DNA of 59,998 nt, the filler included, from an uncultured Methanosarcinales archaeon (GTDB lineage: Archaea; Nanobdellota; Nanobdellia; Woesearchaeales; CAYSVS01), in assembly GCA_964589485.1 (NCBI GenBank). It is 4 parts of 4 records of this genome, joined end to end, with 100 filler letters (N's around TTAATTAATTAA, not from the genome) between each part and the next. Parts side by side here need not be neighbours in the genome. Positions count along the whole stretch, not along the records: positions 48,896 to 59,998 come from CAZPRK010000020.1; 3 more parts are not named here. The stretch is one strand, 5' to 3'. Shown piece after piece: positions 51,901 through 59,998 of the stretch (within the stretch, counting starts at the first letter, position 1; each line of letters begins with the position of its first letter). Under the pieces are notes generated by a model. The model was not told where the DNA came from. It saw only the letters and a program-made list of their open reading frames with translations, and made no database searches. The position numbers and the translations under genes are program-made.

Positions 51901-54341
51901 CCTAGTTTGTAAGGTGCTCCTTTATTATATATAAAATCAGTAATATGTCTTGTTGTACCATCATAGTCCCAAAATAAACTTACTTTTATTCCTGAAGCTG
52001 CCCTAGTCATTTTATAAAAAGTATTAGTTAATATTGATGTAATCGGATTAAGAATTCCTCCAAAAGTTGCATCTCCTATAATATAATTAGTACTAATCCT
52101 TTCAGATTGATTATATTCACAAACTTCATTCAATTCTGTGTATTTTACTGTTTTATTATAAGTTTCAATACAAGAACAAGAATTAGTATCTAATTCAAAA
52201 TCTTTATAATTTTTCAACAATGAGAATTTTCTACTATTAGAACAAACTTTACCAAAATTATCATACCAACCATCTAACTTATCACAAGATGATTCGTCTT
52301 TCAAACAATAGTTAAAACCAAAACTTAATTTTCCAGATACTTGCAACTCTTCAGATTTATAAATTTCATCACTTCCATAAAAACATACCTTAATTTCATC
52401 ATTTTTAATAGAACAAGTAGTTTCTAAATCAAAACTAACGTTATTTGTTATAAACTTCTCCAAAATATTAACTGAACATGAGTTAACAGTATCATTAAAA
52501 AAAGTAAAACTTTGGCAAAGATGACTTCTAGAATTGAGCTTAGTTGTAAAATAAAATCCATCATCGTACCATAAACGCCCCGTCTTATCGGCATTTAAGT
52601 TTTGAAATGGAAACATTTCTAAAACTTCAAAATTAAAAGATTCAGTATTAACAATATCTTTATTTTTACTATTTAAAATAATTTCATAATCTCCAGGAAT
52701 TATAGTTTCATTAAATATAATTGAATTTGAATTTTCTGTTACAACTTTCTTATTTGGCATAACAATTTCAATTCGTGAATCATAGTCTGTATCAAAGGAT
52801 ACTTTATTTACTTCTCCAACAATTAAATATTTTTCAAAATTTACATTTTTAATAATAGGAAAGTCATAATCATCATATATTGCAATTGGGATTTTGAAGT
52901 TATTTACTGAGTTTATAGTTAAATTACCAATTCCTTCAAAATCATCAAAGATTTTAGATTCGAAAGGAGATAAAATAAATTGATCTAATATATTAGAACC
53001 TAATAATAAAGTTACTTCTACTTCTTGAAGACCATAATAAGTAAGTTCAAGTTTAGAATCTTTTAATATTTTATTAATATTAGATTTAATTTTACCCCTA
53101 AATACATCATGAATATTTAATAAACCTGAACCAAACTTTATCAAATCACCTTTTTCTTGAGCTGTATTCTTAAACAAATCTTTAACTTGATAATGATCTA
53201 AGCTTTTTTTTTCCAAAACCAAAGCAGTCATACCTGTAACAAAAGCCGTAGATAAACTTGTCCCTGATTTTTGTACATAACCATTTACATTTGATGTAAT
53301 AATATCAACTCCAGGAGCAACAACATCTGGTTTTATGTAATCACTTTCATACCCACCTGAAAAATCAGCATAATTTCCTAATTTATCTACTGCACCTACA
53401 GTAATTGCATTTTCCATATTTCCTGGAGTTGTAACTCCAACAAAACCTCCGCATTTAGGATTATTATTGAACGGCCCACAATTACCAGCACTAATAATTA
53501 CTTTTATGCCTCTATCAATAGCAGATTGAATTGCCATTAGTAAAGGAGAATCTTTATTCTCAATATAAGTTCCACCGAAACTCATTGATATAATATCAAC
53601 CTTTTTTTCAATAGCATAATTTATACCTGCAATTATATCACTAGTAACTCCATTTCCTTCATCATTTAGAACTTTAACATTATATAATTGAATGTTAGGG
53701 GAAATTCCATTAAAACCTTCACCATTATCTGATTTGCTTCCTGCAATAATTCCAGCCATCATAGTACCATGACCATTTTTATCAATAGGATTATTCTCAA
53801 GAGTAAAATCAATAGAATCAATAATTTTATTTCTTAAAATTGGATGATTACTAATTCCTGTATCCAATATAGCTACTTTTATTCCTTTTCCACTAAAATT
53901 ATTTTCAATATTTTTAGAAAAACCAATAAGTGGTTTACTTTCTTCAACCATAGTAAAATACTTTCTCTCTGGAGAAGCTTTTACTATAAATTCAGACTGA
54001 GCAATAACTTCTAAACTTTCAGAAGGAATATCTGCAACAATCACCCCAGATTCAAATGAATTTTCAACATATCCATCATTTTCTTTAATTTGTCTTTTAA
54101 CTTTATCAAAATCATTAGGTTTTACAGTAAATAAAGCTTTTACATTGGAATTATTTCTAGCTTCCTCAATTAAACTTTTATCAATTACAGCACCTTTTAA
54201 TTCATAAGAAACGAAACCAATGGGTTTAAAATCAATATTAGGTTCATCAACAAAATAGAAAATTGTTCCATATAAAAAAAACAGAATAGTAAAAAAGAGT
54301 AATACGTTCTTCCACCTAACTTTCAACCACAATCCCCCCAA
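48933..54341 (-). CDS. giant surface protein: TM anchor, S8 subtilase, Cys-rich repeats, C25-like N-half, pre-toxin-like segment; continues into 24109-23303
   Basis: Catalytic triad motifs VAILDTGI, HGTMMAG and SGTSLS; LLIIGDDFVVP..SDYPY; IPVVELIVDARD and a Gly/Ala-rich helix; 55-nt overlap with the end of contig 1. Confidence 0.85.
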   Translation of the reverse strand: MGGLWLKVRWKNVLLFFTILFFLYGTIFYFVDEPNIDFKPIGFVSYELKGAVIDKSLIEEARNNSNVKALFTVKPNDFDKVKRQIKENDGYVENSFESGVIVADIPSESLEVIAQSEFIVKASPERKYFTMVEESKPLIGFSKNIENNFSGKGIKVAILDTGISNHPILRNKIIDSIDFTLENNPIDKNGHGTMMAGIIAGSKSDNGEGFNGISPNIQLYNVKVLNDEGNGVTSDIIAGINYAIEKKVDIISMSFGGTYIENKDSPLLMAIQSAIDRGIKVIISAGNCGPFNNNPKCGGFVGVTTPGNMENAITVGAVDKLGNYADFSGGYESDYIKPDVVAPGVDIITSNVNGYVQKSGTSLSTAFVTGMTALVLEKKSLDHYQVKDLFKNTAQEKGDLIKFGSGLLNIHDVFRGKIKSNINKILKDSKLELTYYGLQEVEVTLLLGSNILDQFILSPFESKIFDDFEGIGNLTINSVNNFKIPIAIYDDYDFPIIKNVNFEKYLIVGEVNKVSFDTDYDSRIEIVMPNKKVVTENSNSIIFNETIIPGDYEIILNSKNKDIVNTESFNFEVLEMFPFQNLNADKTGRLWYDDGFYFTTKLNSRSHLCQSFTFFNDTVNSCSVNILEKFITNNVSFDLETTCSIKNDEIKVCFYGSDEIYKSEELQVSGKLSFGFNYCLKDESSCDKLDGWYDNFGKVCSNSRKFSLLKNYKDFELDTNSCSCIETYNKTVKYTELNEVCEYNQSERISTNYIIGDATFGGILNPITSILTNTFYKMTRAASGIKVSLFWDYDGTTRHITDFIYNKGAPYKLGQNLNIEKYLTTENIPEDWCDKSIKLGAIQYDYIPDVKCTNDCNGDYYHKDAKGYQKAVGFDRIYTCDYDPDAECPTPKQALAKVCRDNDVYRKFILNCEKEDFVLIEECGEKVCEVGQCITNEFCEPKTSDPYCNGNSIYVKNIDYRCNEVEYPQETCKDNNICQNGACVPFKAVLSSPRCTNNVESNRCVSSGGIIGVNNNNHIGDIKFTCFDYWNDNSQSGIFLGGWNWDSCQGDCDNCDENTNAESDFIIEDPEAGDRSVRVLVSDGLNYDQALVTFDLATSCKEGFIGTNFCSDEQNVQKVYRKIDCTTEIRTVQQCNPGSKCSNGVCLDISCNNNNDCSNSYFVDRPFCSGGDLYITSGSGVCNNPGTVSSSCSYDSSRTLLEKCEFGCVSGECIRQFGYSMKVDGNAKSDITIFKQPNDLLTLTIDSVDIQKISLDLPNDFMLLNGEYNDNKLSVVKGPNKFKLAIDQNAIGTYSIISGKYVFKIEIINDPSFIILTDSQALDQEFPFTAEVEVVDLIESAYKNAERNNGIVYDLYYEQIGERPWQSFNDYKEDYDYSYINNVYSLKVADFIKNKCKNSCDLGKLLIIGDDFVVPHYRRDVSLMKGINWPLLGRVSDASEIKTIYSDYPYIQQTSKAFKDTDELFVEQDIIFVVPDNPGNNLLEEINKLQDVIDDRYEDAGTISVLESSQVGCNSHSKLDEHTLVLVGTEKDNNAIACLPFVSKEKSSMSIQKNVWDTEHYALVLRSDDEIYDNILAMKNIITKGPNSSWDFSDSVVACLWDGKFEGAKHPTAEEITCNMIPVVELIVDARDSWKCKEYLPVNPFYLQIIDNDPVEGLICGITHAATAYDYATWGAAIATAGGTGLAGEVFDGSIATVKVFLKNNLPEMAKTIGTKAVKDAADTILSVPQLMIGSVKLIARSPGKLVEIVKGSISVFSKGAENSKAFFAYLGGADDDVIKNFAKTSKNFENGAEALNPKFDS

Positions 54342-54384
54342 TTACGTGATTTAAATAAGGTAATGATATGCAAACTTATAAACA

Positions 54385-54909
54385 TTACTTCTCAAATAAC
54401 AACTTCTTCTTAATTGGATACATTTTCTGCATTTGAATAAATTGATCTTCATCTAAACTTAAAGGACTTACTATATAATTAAACTCCGCTTTAATATCAG
54501 CACATACTTGTTTAATTTCCGGCTGATATAACTCTTCACCTAGTAAAATAACATTAGCACTATTTTTTTCTTCTTTACCTTGAATATAAATTTTCTTTAA
54601 ATTTGGTAAATTTTTAATTTTAGTAACAAAAACTTGTAATGCTTGTTTTTCCTTTTTGACTATTTGGCCAAGAAACCTACTTTGTTCATTATCATCTAAA
54701 ACATATACTTTGAATTTAGATAACTTAACTTCCTTAATTATATTATAATCAACCAACTTTCTAACTATTCTAAAAGTTGAAGCTAAAGGTACTTTGGACA
54801 ATTTAGATAATTCCCTAATGTAAAACTCTTTATTATCATGTTGAAAAAATTGTCTAAGTACGGCTAAGATTTTAGCATCAAATAATTTTTCAAGTATATC
54901 GTTCCCCAT
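54385..54909 (-). CDS. winged-HTH regulator fused to a degenerate nucleotidyltransferase-like domain
   Basis: EFYIRELSKLSKVPLASTFRIVRKL HTH; KKIYIQG...ANVILLG lacks the GS..DxD motif; likely start MGNDIL. Confidence 0.72.
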   Translation of the reverse strand: MGNDILEKLFDAKILAVLRQFFQHDNKEFYIRELSKLSKVPLASTFRIVRKLVDYNIIKEVKLSKFKVYVLDDNEQSRFLGQIVKKEKQALQVFVTKIKNLPNLKKIYIQGKEEKNSANVILLGEELYQPEIKQVCADIKAEFNYIVSPLSLDEDQFIQMQKMYPIKKKLLFEK

Positions 54910-54951
54910 TAAATTATTAATATATAAGCTCATATTTAATGTTTTCTTTTT

Positions 54952-54966
54952 TGGAACATTGTTCCA
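54952..54966. promoter_or_regulatory. palindromic operator-like site TGGAACA-T-TGTTCCA
   Basis: Perfect 7-bp inverted repeat just upstream of the BRE/TATA-like element of the HTH gene. Confidence 0.6.
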
Positions 54967-55067
54967 TAAATGAAAATAACCTTGTTTTCCTGTGGAAAAT
55001 AGAACATTAGTGTAGAAAATACTAAACTAAGAGAAAGTTTTTATACTCAACAACAATCACTAAAACT

Positions 55068-55634
55068 ATGATTCAAAAAATTAAAGATCTTATGAAAATC
55101 AATGAACTAATTACAGAATTAAGCAATAAAGTAAACGAACAAAACAAAGCAATAACAGAACAAAACAACACAATAAATGAAACTAAACAAGAAATAAAAA
55201 ATTGCAGAAATATTATGCTTGAAGATCAAAAAAAATCAGTTAAAGAGCTAATATCAGAAATAAATGAAATCAAATCATTAAAAGAAGAATTTTCAAAGGA
55301 AATTAACGATTTTAAGCTTCAAAAAACCCAAGTAATGAAAAAGTTCATGGAACATAAAAATAATGAATTTAAAGAAGAAATAGATCGAATTAAGATAGAT
55401 GTAAACAAATATAATGAAATTAAAACTAATTTTAGCTCATTATCTCAAAATATAGATAATTTAATGTTAGAAATAAATAAATTCAAACAAATTAGCACAA
55501 ACATAAAAGAAGCTGATTTTGAGCTAGTTAAACATGCAAATAAGCTTAATGCTTCAGATAAAGAGAAATTACAACTAATGGCTAAAATAGACTCTTTACA
55601 AAGACTAATAAGCAAAGAAAGAAGAAAGCATTAA
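55068..55634 (+). CDS. coiled-coil hypothetical protein
   Basis: 188-aa heptad-rich ORF. Confidence 0.75.
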   Translation: MIQKIKDLMKINELITELSNKVNEQNKAITEQNNTINETKQEIKNCRNIMLEDQKKSVKELISEINEIKSLKEEFSKEINDFKLQKTQVMKKFMEHKNNEFKEEIDRIKIDVNKYNEIKTNFSSLSQNIDNLMLEINKFKQISTNIKEADFELVKHANKLNASDKEKLQLMAKIDSLQRLISKERRKH

Positions 55635-55768
55635 AGTTCTTCTAATGCGTGCTTTTTTTTATCAACTGTACCTTCCTTTGAACAATAAGGACATCTATTA
55701 GGAAGAGTAGTTGCGTCTTTATTTCTTGGTTCAAATTCATATTTACAAGCAGTACACCTAAGTCTCAT
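55631..55768 (-). CDS. 45-aa zinc-ribbon microprotein
   Basis: Not in the ORF track; MRLRCTACKYEF...PNRCPYCSKEG; TATA-like TTTATATA about 25 nt upstream suggests a leaderless mRNA. Confidence 0.8.
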   Translation of the reverse strand: MRLRCTACKYEFEPRNKDATTLPNRCPYCSKEGTVDKKKHALEEL

Positions 55769-55810
55769 AGAAGATATGTAAGCGTATAATATATATAAAA
55801 TGTTCTTTAA

Positions 55811-55826
55811 TTAAGTAGCTACTTAA
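55811..55826. promoter_or_regulatory. perfect 16-bp palindrome TTAAGTAGCTACTTAA between divergent TATA boxes
   Basis: Exact inverted repeat seen in the sequence. Confidence 0.55.
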
Positions 55827-55935
55827 CAGTGATAAAATATAGAAAAGTTTAAATACTAAATACACATAACTAAAAATATTAAACCTTAGAGGTTTAGACA
55901 CCCCTCTTTTTCCTCAAGGGTTTAAATTTTTTAAA

Positions 55936-56163
55936 ATGGAAGATATAATCGAAGACAAAGAAGAAATGGAAATTTCTATAGATGCTAAAACTAATAGCGA
56001 AAAGCCTATTAAAAAAAACAATGAAAAACAATATCAAGATCCTTTTACTTTAGAATATTGTACTAAAGAAAATAATAAATGCGGAAATATTGTTATAAAA
56101 CCAAGTGAATTTATTATTACAGAAAAATTTGAAGAAATAAAAGAAATTGAGCCTACAAATTAA
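55936..56163 (+). CDS. small acidic hypothetical protein
   Basis: 75-aa ORF downstream of a BRE/TATA (GAAAAGTTTAAATA). Confidence 0.55.
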   Translation: MEDIIEDKEEMEISIDAKTNSEKPIKKNNEKQYQDPFTLEYCTKENNKCGNIVIKPSEFIITEKFEEIKEIEPTN

Positions 56164-56729
56164 GCTCTTCTTCTAACATTAGCTCTTCTACTAGGTCTTA
56201 ACTTTTCAGCTCCCTTACCTTTGTTAAGTAATCCACGTGATTTTCTTCCTGAAGCAGTTAATCCACGCTGAACTCTATTTTTATGACCAGTAATCCATTT
56301 AATATCTTTATCCTTCTTAATTACAGGATGAGCTGTGTCAATTAACAATACTTCATACCAATGATATTTCCCATCAGAAGCAACCCAATAACTGTTAAGA
56401 ACTTCGCAATTAACATACTTACTAGCTGCCCTTTCTTCAGCAATTGTTTGATATGATTTATCTAAATCTAACCTTTTTGATTGTCTTTTAGGTCGTCTTC
56501 TTCCAAAAGATTCTCTTACGTGACCACCACGAATTAATCTTTGTCTTACTATTAAAAAACCTTGTTTAGCTTTATAACCTAAACTTCTAGCTCTATCGAT
56601 TCTTGTTGGTTTTGCCAATCTTACTGTAACTGGTTCTTTTCTCCAAGCAATTAACCTTTCTTTCCATAAATCTTTAAGATTTTCTTTAGGCTTTGTCCAT
56701 AACTTTTGTATATATTTATACATTCCCAT
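56160..56729 (-). CDS. rpl15e: ribosomal protein eL15
   Basis: PTRIDRARSLGYKAKQG, VLNSYWV and RGLTASGRKSRGL; start MGMYKY behind a GGTGA SD. Confidence 0.96.
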   Translation of the reverse strand: MGMYKYIQKLWTKPKENLKDLWKERLIAWRKEPVTVRLAKPTRIDRARSLGYKAKQGFLIVRQRLIRGGHVRESFGRRRPKRQSKRLDLDKSYQTIAEERAASKYVNCEVLNSYWVASDGKYHWYEVLLIDTAHPVIKKDKDIKWITGHKNRVQRGLTASGRKSRGLLNKGKGAEKLRPSRRANVRRRA

Positions 56730-56839
56730 TTTTAATTCACCTTTACTGAGATTCAGGCTTGCCAAATCACCCACATTTCTCTTTTTGTCCAGAAATTGTA
56801 AATTATTTATAAAGGTGTTGGTTATAAAATAAAAAAAAG

Positions 56840-56965
56840 TTAATAAGCAATATCCTCATCAACTTCTCCTTCATTATTAACAACTTTTTCTCTAATTATT
56901 TCTACTTCGGCGTCTTTCAGTTCAAAAACAAATCTTTCCCACTCTAAATTAGGTTTCTTATACAT
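56840..56965 (-). CDS. 41-aa acidic microprotein
   Basis: Not in the ORF track; GGGGGTG SD with TATA-like sequence upstream; MYKKPNLEWERFVFELKD... Confidence 0.6.
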   Translation of the reverse strand: MYKKPNLEWERFVFELKDAEVEIIREKVVNNEGEVDEDIAY

Positions 56966-57004
56966 AATAAACACCCCCCTATAAATATATAGACATCAAG
57001 ATAT

Positions 57005-57391
57005 TTAAATGTTTGGATGATAAGGAATAAAATAATGTTCTCGTCCCCGAATAAACACAGTTTCTTCAGCACCAGTATTATAGAAATAAATTATATCATT
57101 GACACCTAAGTTTTTTTGGTTCATATTAGTTAATAAATCAGAAAGTTCTAAGGTTGCATGCACAGCAGGCAAAGTTTCATAATCAAAAGTAGCACAAATA
57201 CGATTCATTTCTATAGAATTTTGACTTCCTTCAAAAAAATCTAAAGTTCTTAAAGTGGCTTTAATTGCATCATATCTACTCGTAAAATTATTTACAATAG
57301 AAGGTTTAATCCCTCTTATGAATTCTAAAGAAGGTATAAATAAAGGATTTGAAACAACCAGTAATTTTGACATAAATAAAATATTATTCAC
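57005..57391 (-). CDS. hypothetical protein
   Basis: 128-aa ORF overlapping the dph5 stop. Confidence 0.55.
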   Translation of the reverse strand: MNNILFMSKLLVVSNPLFIPSLEFIRGIKPSIVNNFTSRYDAIKATLRTLDFFEGSQNSIEMNRICATFDYETLPAVHATLELSDLLTNMNQKNLGVNDIIYFYNTGAEETVFIRGREHYFIPYHPNI

Positions 57392-58173
57392 AATCTATAT
57401 AAATCTAACATTTCTTGTTCCATGAAATGTAACTTTCCTGGAATAATTAAACAGTGTAAAGGCGAACCAAAATCTTCTTTTAGTAAATCTTTTGCCTTAC
57501 CATATTTAATTATATTATCGCTTCCAATCCTTGCACAACCAATACAATAAGTATCTTCTGTGAATATATTTTTTTTTCTTTTTTCTTCTATAATTAATAA
57601 AGTTTTAATAGCTTCATTTACAGTCATATAATGAGAAGGTTGAGGTTTATTAGTATTATTCTTTAATTCACTTTTAGAAGGTTCTTTAACTTTTATATCC
57701 AATAATAACAAAGTGTGCAAATCATTATTGTTTTTAATCGTATCATAAGGTGTTTCAGGAAGCCAATTATCTTCAGAAAAAACTATACTCGAAGTTTTCC
57801 CAAATTTATATAATTGTAAACCAGTTACACCTATTGCAGTTAAAATTGAAGAATTATGAATAATTTCTACACCTAATCCTTTTACTTTCGCTCTTTGAAT
57901 TAAATCAATATGGGTTGTAGCAGAAATTGCATCACCTATAACTAAAAAAGCCACATTATCTTTTAAAATTTCATCAGAGTTATTTTCAACCATATTCCTA
58001 TCAGCCAAAATAACTTTTTTTCCATATAAGCCTTCTAATTTTTCAAAAGGAACACTTAATTTACTAGTATAATTTTCTAAATAAACAGTATCACAAGCTT
58101 TAATTGCCTCTAAACCCTTCAAAGTAATATCTTTCTCATCATTTAGTCCAATTCCTATTATAAAAAAAGCCAT
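57388..58173 (-). CDS. dph5: diphthine synthase
   Basis: IGIGL...DIT.KGL, LENYTS, ATTH, TGLQLYKFGKT, HTLLLLDI and PLHCLIIPG motifs. Confidence 0.95.
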   Translation of the reverse strand: MAFFIIGIGLNDEKDITLKGLEAIKACDTVYLENYTSKLSVPFEKLEGLYGKKVILADRNMVENNSDEILKDNVAFLVIGDAISATTHIDLIQRAKVKGLGVEIIHNSSILTAIGVTGLQLYKFGKTSSIVFSEDNWLPETPYDTIKNNNDLHTLLLLDIKVKEPSKSELKNNTNKPQPSHYMTVNEAIKTLLIIEEKRKKNIFTEDTYCIGCARIGSDNIIKYGKAKDLLKEDFGSPLHCLIIPGKLHFMEQEMLDLYRL

Positions 58174-58619
58174 ATTAAGTTATCAACATCAAGATATATA
58201 AAAAGATTCTTCATATTTTCAAAATAAAGTTAATTAAATCAAAAACAACAAATGTAACCAGTATACTAAAAAGCACATTGTTTGTATGTTTAAAATTTAG
58301 GGGTTACAGAGCTTCTAAAGCGTTTACTACCAATGAGTACTTTTATTTAGAACCAAAATATTTATATATTAGTTAGAATATCTTATTTTTATAAAAAAAG
58401 ATGAGTTTTTGGCGAAAAACTCAATCAACACACACAGAAACCTTTTTTTGACGAAAAAGGTTGTTTAAAGGTTCGTAGGCACAAACCAACAACAAACAGC
58501 TGCTTTTTGACGAAAGCAAACCATCGTTTCTAAGATAGAGTATTTAATTAATAATATATAAAGATTGTTATACTCTAGTATACAAATACCAAATAACCTA
58601 AAAAGGGGGAGAGAAAAAA

Positions 58620-59693
58620 ATGGATTTTATAATTGAAAACGCAATGAAAACATCTGACGAAATGAACGTAGAAGAACTTCAAGTAGGTCAGGCAAATATT
58701 AAAGTAATAGGAGTTGGAGGAGCTGGTAATAATATGGTTGGCTGGCTTTACAAAAAAGGAATTAAAGGTGCAGAAATTATTGCATGTAATACTGACCAAC
58801 AACACCTAAATATCACAGGAAGTGATAGAAAGTTCTTAATTGGTAAAGATACTACTAGAGGATTAGGTTGTGGTGGATTTCCTGAAAAAGGAGCAGAATC
58901 CGCAAAAGAAAGTATGTCTGAAGTAAAAGATTCTCTAAAAACAGCAGACATGGTATTTGTATGTGCTGGAATGGGAGGAGGAACAGGTACAGGAGCTGCA
59001 CCAGTAGTTGCACAAGTTGCTAAAGATGCAGGAAGTATTGTAATTGGAACTGTAACCATGCCATTCAAAATTGAAAGAGCTAGAGTTGATAAAGCTGAAT
59101 TTGGTTTACAACAATTAAGACAAGTTTCAGATACAGTTATAGTTATTGATAATAATAGATTAGTTCAAATTGCAGGAAACTTACCTATTCAGCAAGCGTT
59201 TGCTGTAGCAAATGAATTAATCTCAACAATGATTAAAGGAATAGTTGAAACTATTGCAGTTCCATCATTAGTTAACTTAGATTATGCTGACGTTAAAGCA
59301 ATCATGACTAACGGAGGAGTAGCTGCAATCGGAGTAGGAAGTTCTGATACTAATAACAGAGTAGAAGAAGCAGTTAAAGGAGCATTAAGTAACCCTTTAC
59401 TCGACATCAACTACGAAGGAGCAACTGGTGCATTAATCCACATTTCAGGTGGTCCAGATATGACTTTAGATGAAGTTAGTAAAATCGGTGAATTAGTTAC
59501 CGAAACTTTAGATGAAGATGCAAACGTAATCTGGGGAGCAAGAGTAGCTGAAGACATGAAAGGAAAATTAACCGTAATGACTATAATCACTGGTGTAAAG
59601 TCACCATGGATATTAGGAAAAGTTGATTCCAAACACATGGAAAAAGAAACTCAACAACTTAGCGATGAACTAGGTATTGAGATAGTTAGATAA
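58620..59693 (+). CDS. ftsZ: cell division protein FtsZ
   Basis: GVGGAGNN, GMGGGTGTG tubulin signature, NLDYADV and VIWGA motifs. Confidence 0.98.
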   Translation: MDFIIENAMKTSDEMNVEELQVGQANIKVIGVGGAGNNMVGWLYKKGIKGAEIIACNTDQQHLNITGSDRKFLIGKDTTRGLGCGGFPEKGAESAKESMSEVKDSLKTADMVFVCAGMGGGTGTGAAPVVAQVAKDAGSIVIGTVTMPFKIERARVDKAEFGLQQLRQVSDTVIVIDNNRLVQIAGNLPIQQAFAVANELISTMIKGIVETIAVPSLVNLDYADVKAIMTNGGVAAIGVGSSDTNNRVEEAVKGALSNPLLDINYEGATGALIHISGGPDMTLDEVSKIGELVTETLDEDANVIWGARVAEDMKGKLTVMTIITGVKSPWILGKVDSKHMEKETQQLSDELGIEIVR

Positions 59694-59703
59694 AACTCGT
59701 GAT

Positions 59704-59757
59704 GTGTGCCTTCAGTTGATTCTATAATCACACCCCCAAAAAGGAGGCACACTTTTT
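59704..59757 (+). terminator. long-loop hairpin plus T-run after ftsZ
   Basis: GTGTGCCTTC...GGAGGCACAC (10 bp, one G-U) followed by TTTTT. Confidence 0.5.
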
Positions 59758-59765
59758 ATTTTAAA

Positions 59766-59998
59766 ATGAATTTTGTTCATATTTTTTTTATTGGAGTAAT
59801 TATTTTAGTTGGAGCTATTGTGATTAATTTAATAGTTGGTTATTTTGGAATTTCTACATGGTTCGTATTTAGTGAAAGTATAAAACAAATTGGATTTGTT
59901 TCTGCAATTAAAAAAGAGAGTTTTGTTTCTTTATTGTTTTTATTTATAATTTACCCTTTGTTTTTGGGTTTATTGGGATGGGTTGGGAGAGAATTATT
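59766..59998 (+). CDS. small membrane protein (79 aa when completed through the overlap with 48741-48795)
   Basis: MNFVHIFFIGVIILVGAI...FIIYPLFLGLLGWVGREL; the reverse strand of 48734-48740 supplies F-N-stop. Confidence 0.75.
   Translation, partial: MNFVHIFFIGVIILVGAIVINLIVGYFGISTWFVFSESIKQIGFVSAIKKESFVSLLFLFIIYPLFLGLLGWVGREL

Noticed and set aside
58470..58530. c-di-GMP-I riboswitch or hammerhead resemblance (GACGAAAGC, GCAAACC)
   Set aside because: The elements are in the wrong order for c-di-GMP-I, and there is no CUGANGA hammerhead core.

Overview
AT-rich archaeal DNA. It carries split RNA polymerase rpoB''/rpoB', TFB, TFS, GINS, Alba, GatDE, Dph5, Nmd3, eL15, eS17 and FtsZ, plus bacterial-type GyrB and PpsA; a DPANN (Woesearchaeota-like) source is my inference. 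The window is four contigs joined by 100-nt N-TTAATTAATTAA-N linkers, and exact 55-nt end overlaps show the printed order is not the genomic order: 24110-24164 = 48951-49005, and 48741-48795 = reverse complement of 59944-59998. Rejoining the first overlap gives one ~2065-aa surface protein: subtilase, Cys-rich repeats, the N-half of a gingipain/C25-like domain, a pre-toxin-like segment and an HEXXH tip. It is followed by a candidate immunity gene, a secreted protein with the C-half of the C25-like domain, and a 1488-aa cadherin/PKD-like adhesin. This is a candidate polymorphic toxin system whose parts may dock through split domains. Other highlights are a tRNA-Lys with two non-canonical BHB introns, an integrase element that appears to truncate a TctA/DUF112 gene, three motif-sharing hairpins upstream of ftsZ, and candidate anti-SD small RNAs. 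Family calls come from motif recognition by eye, not database searches.
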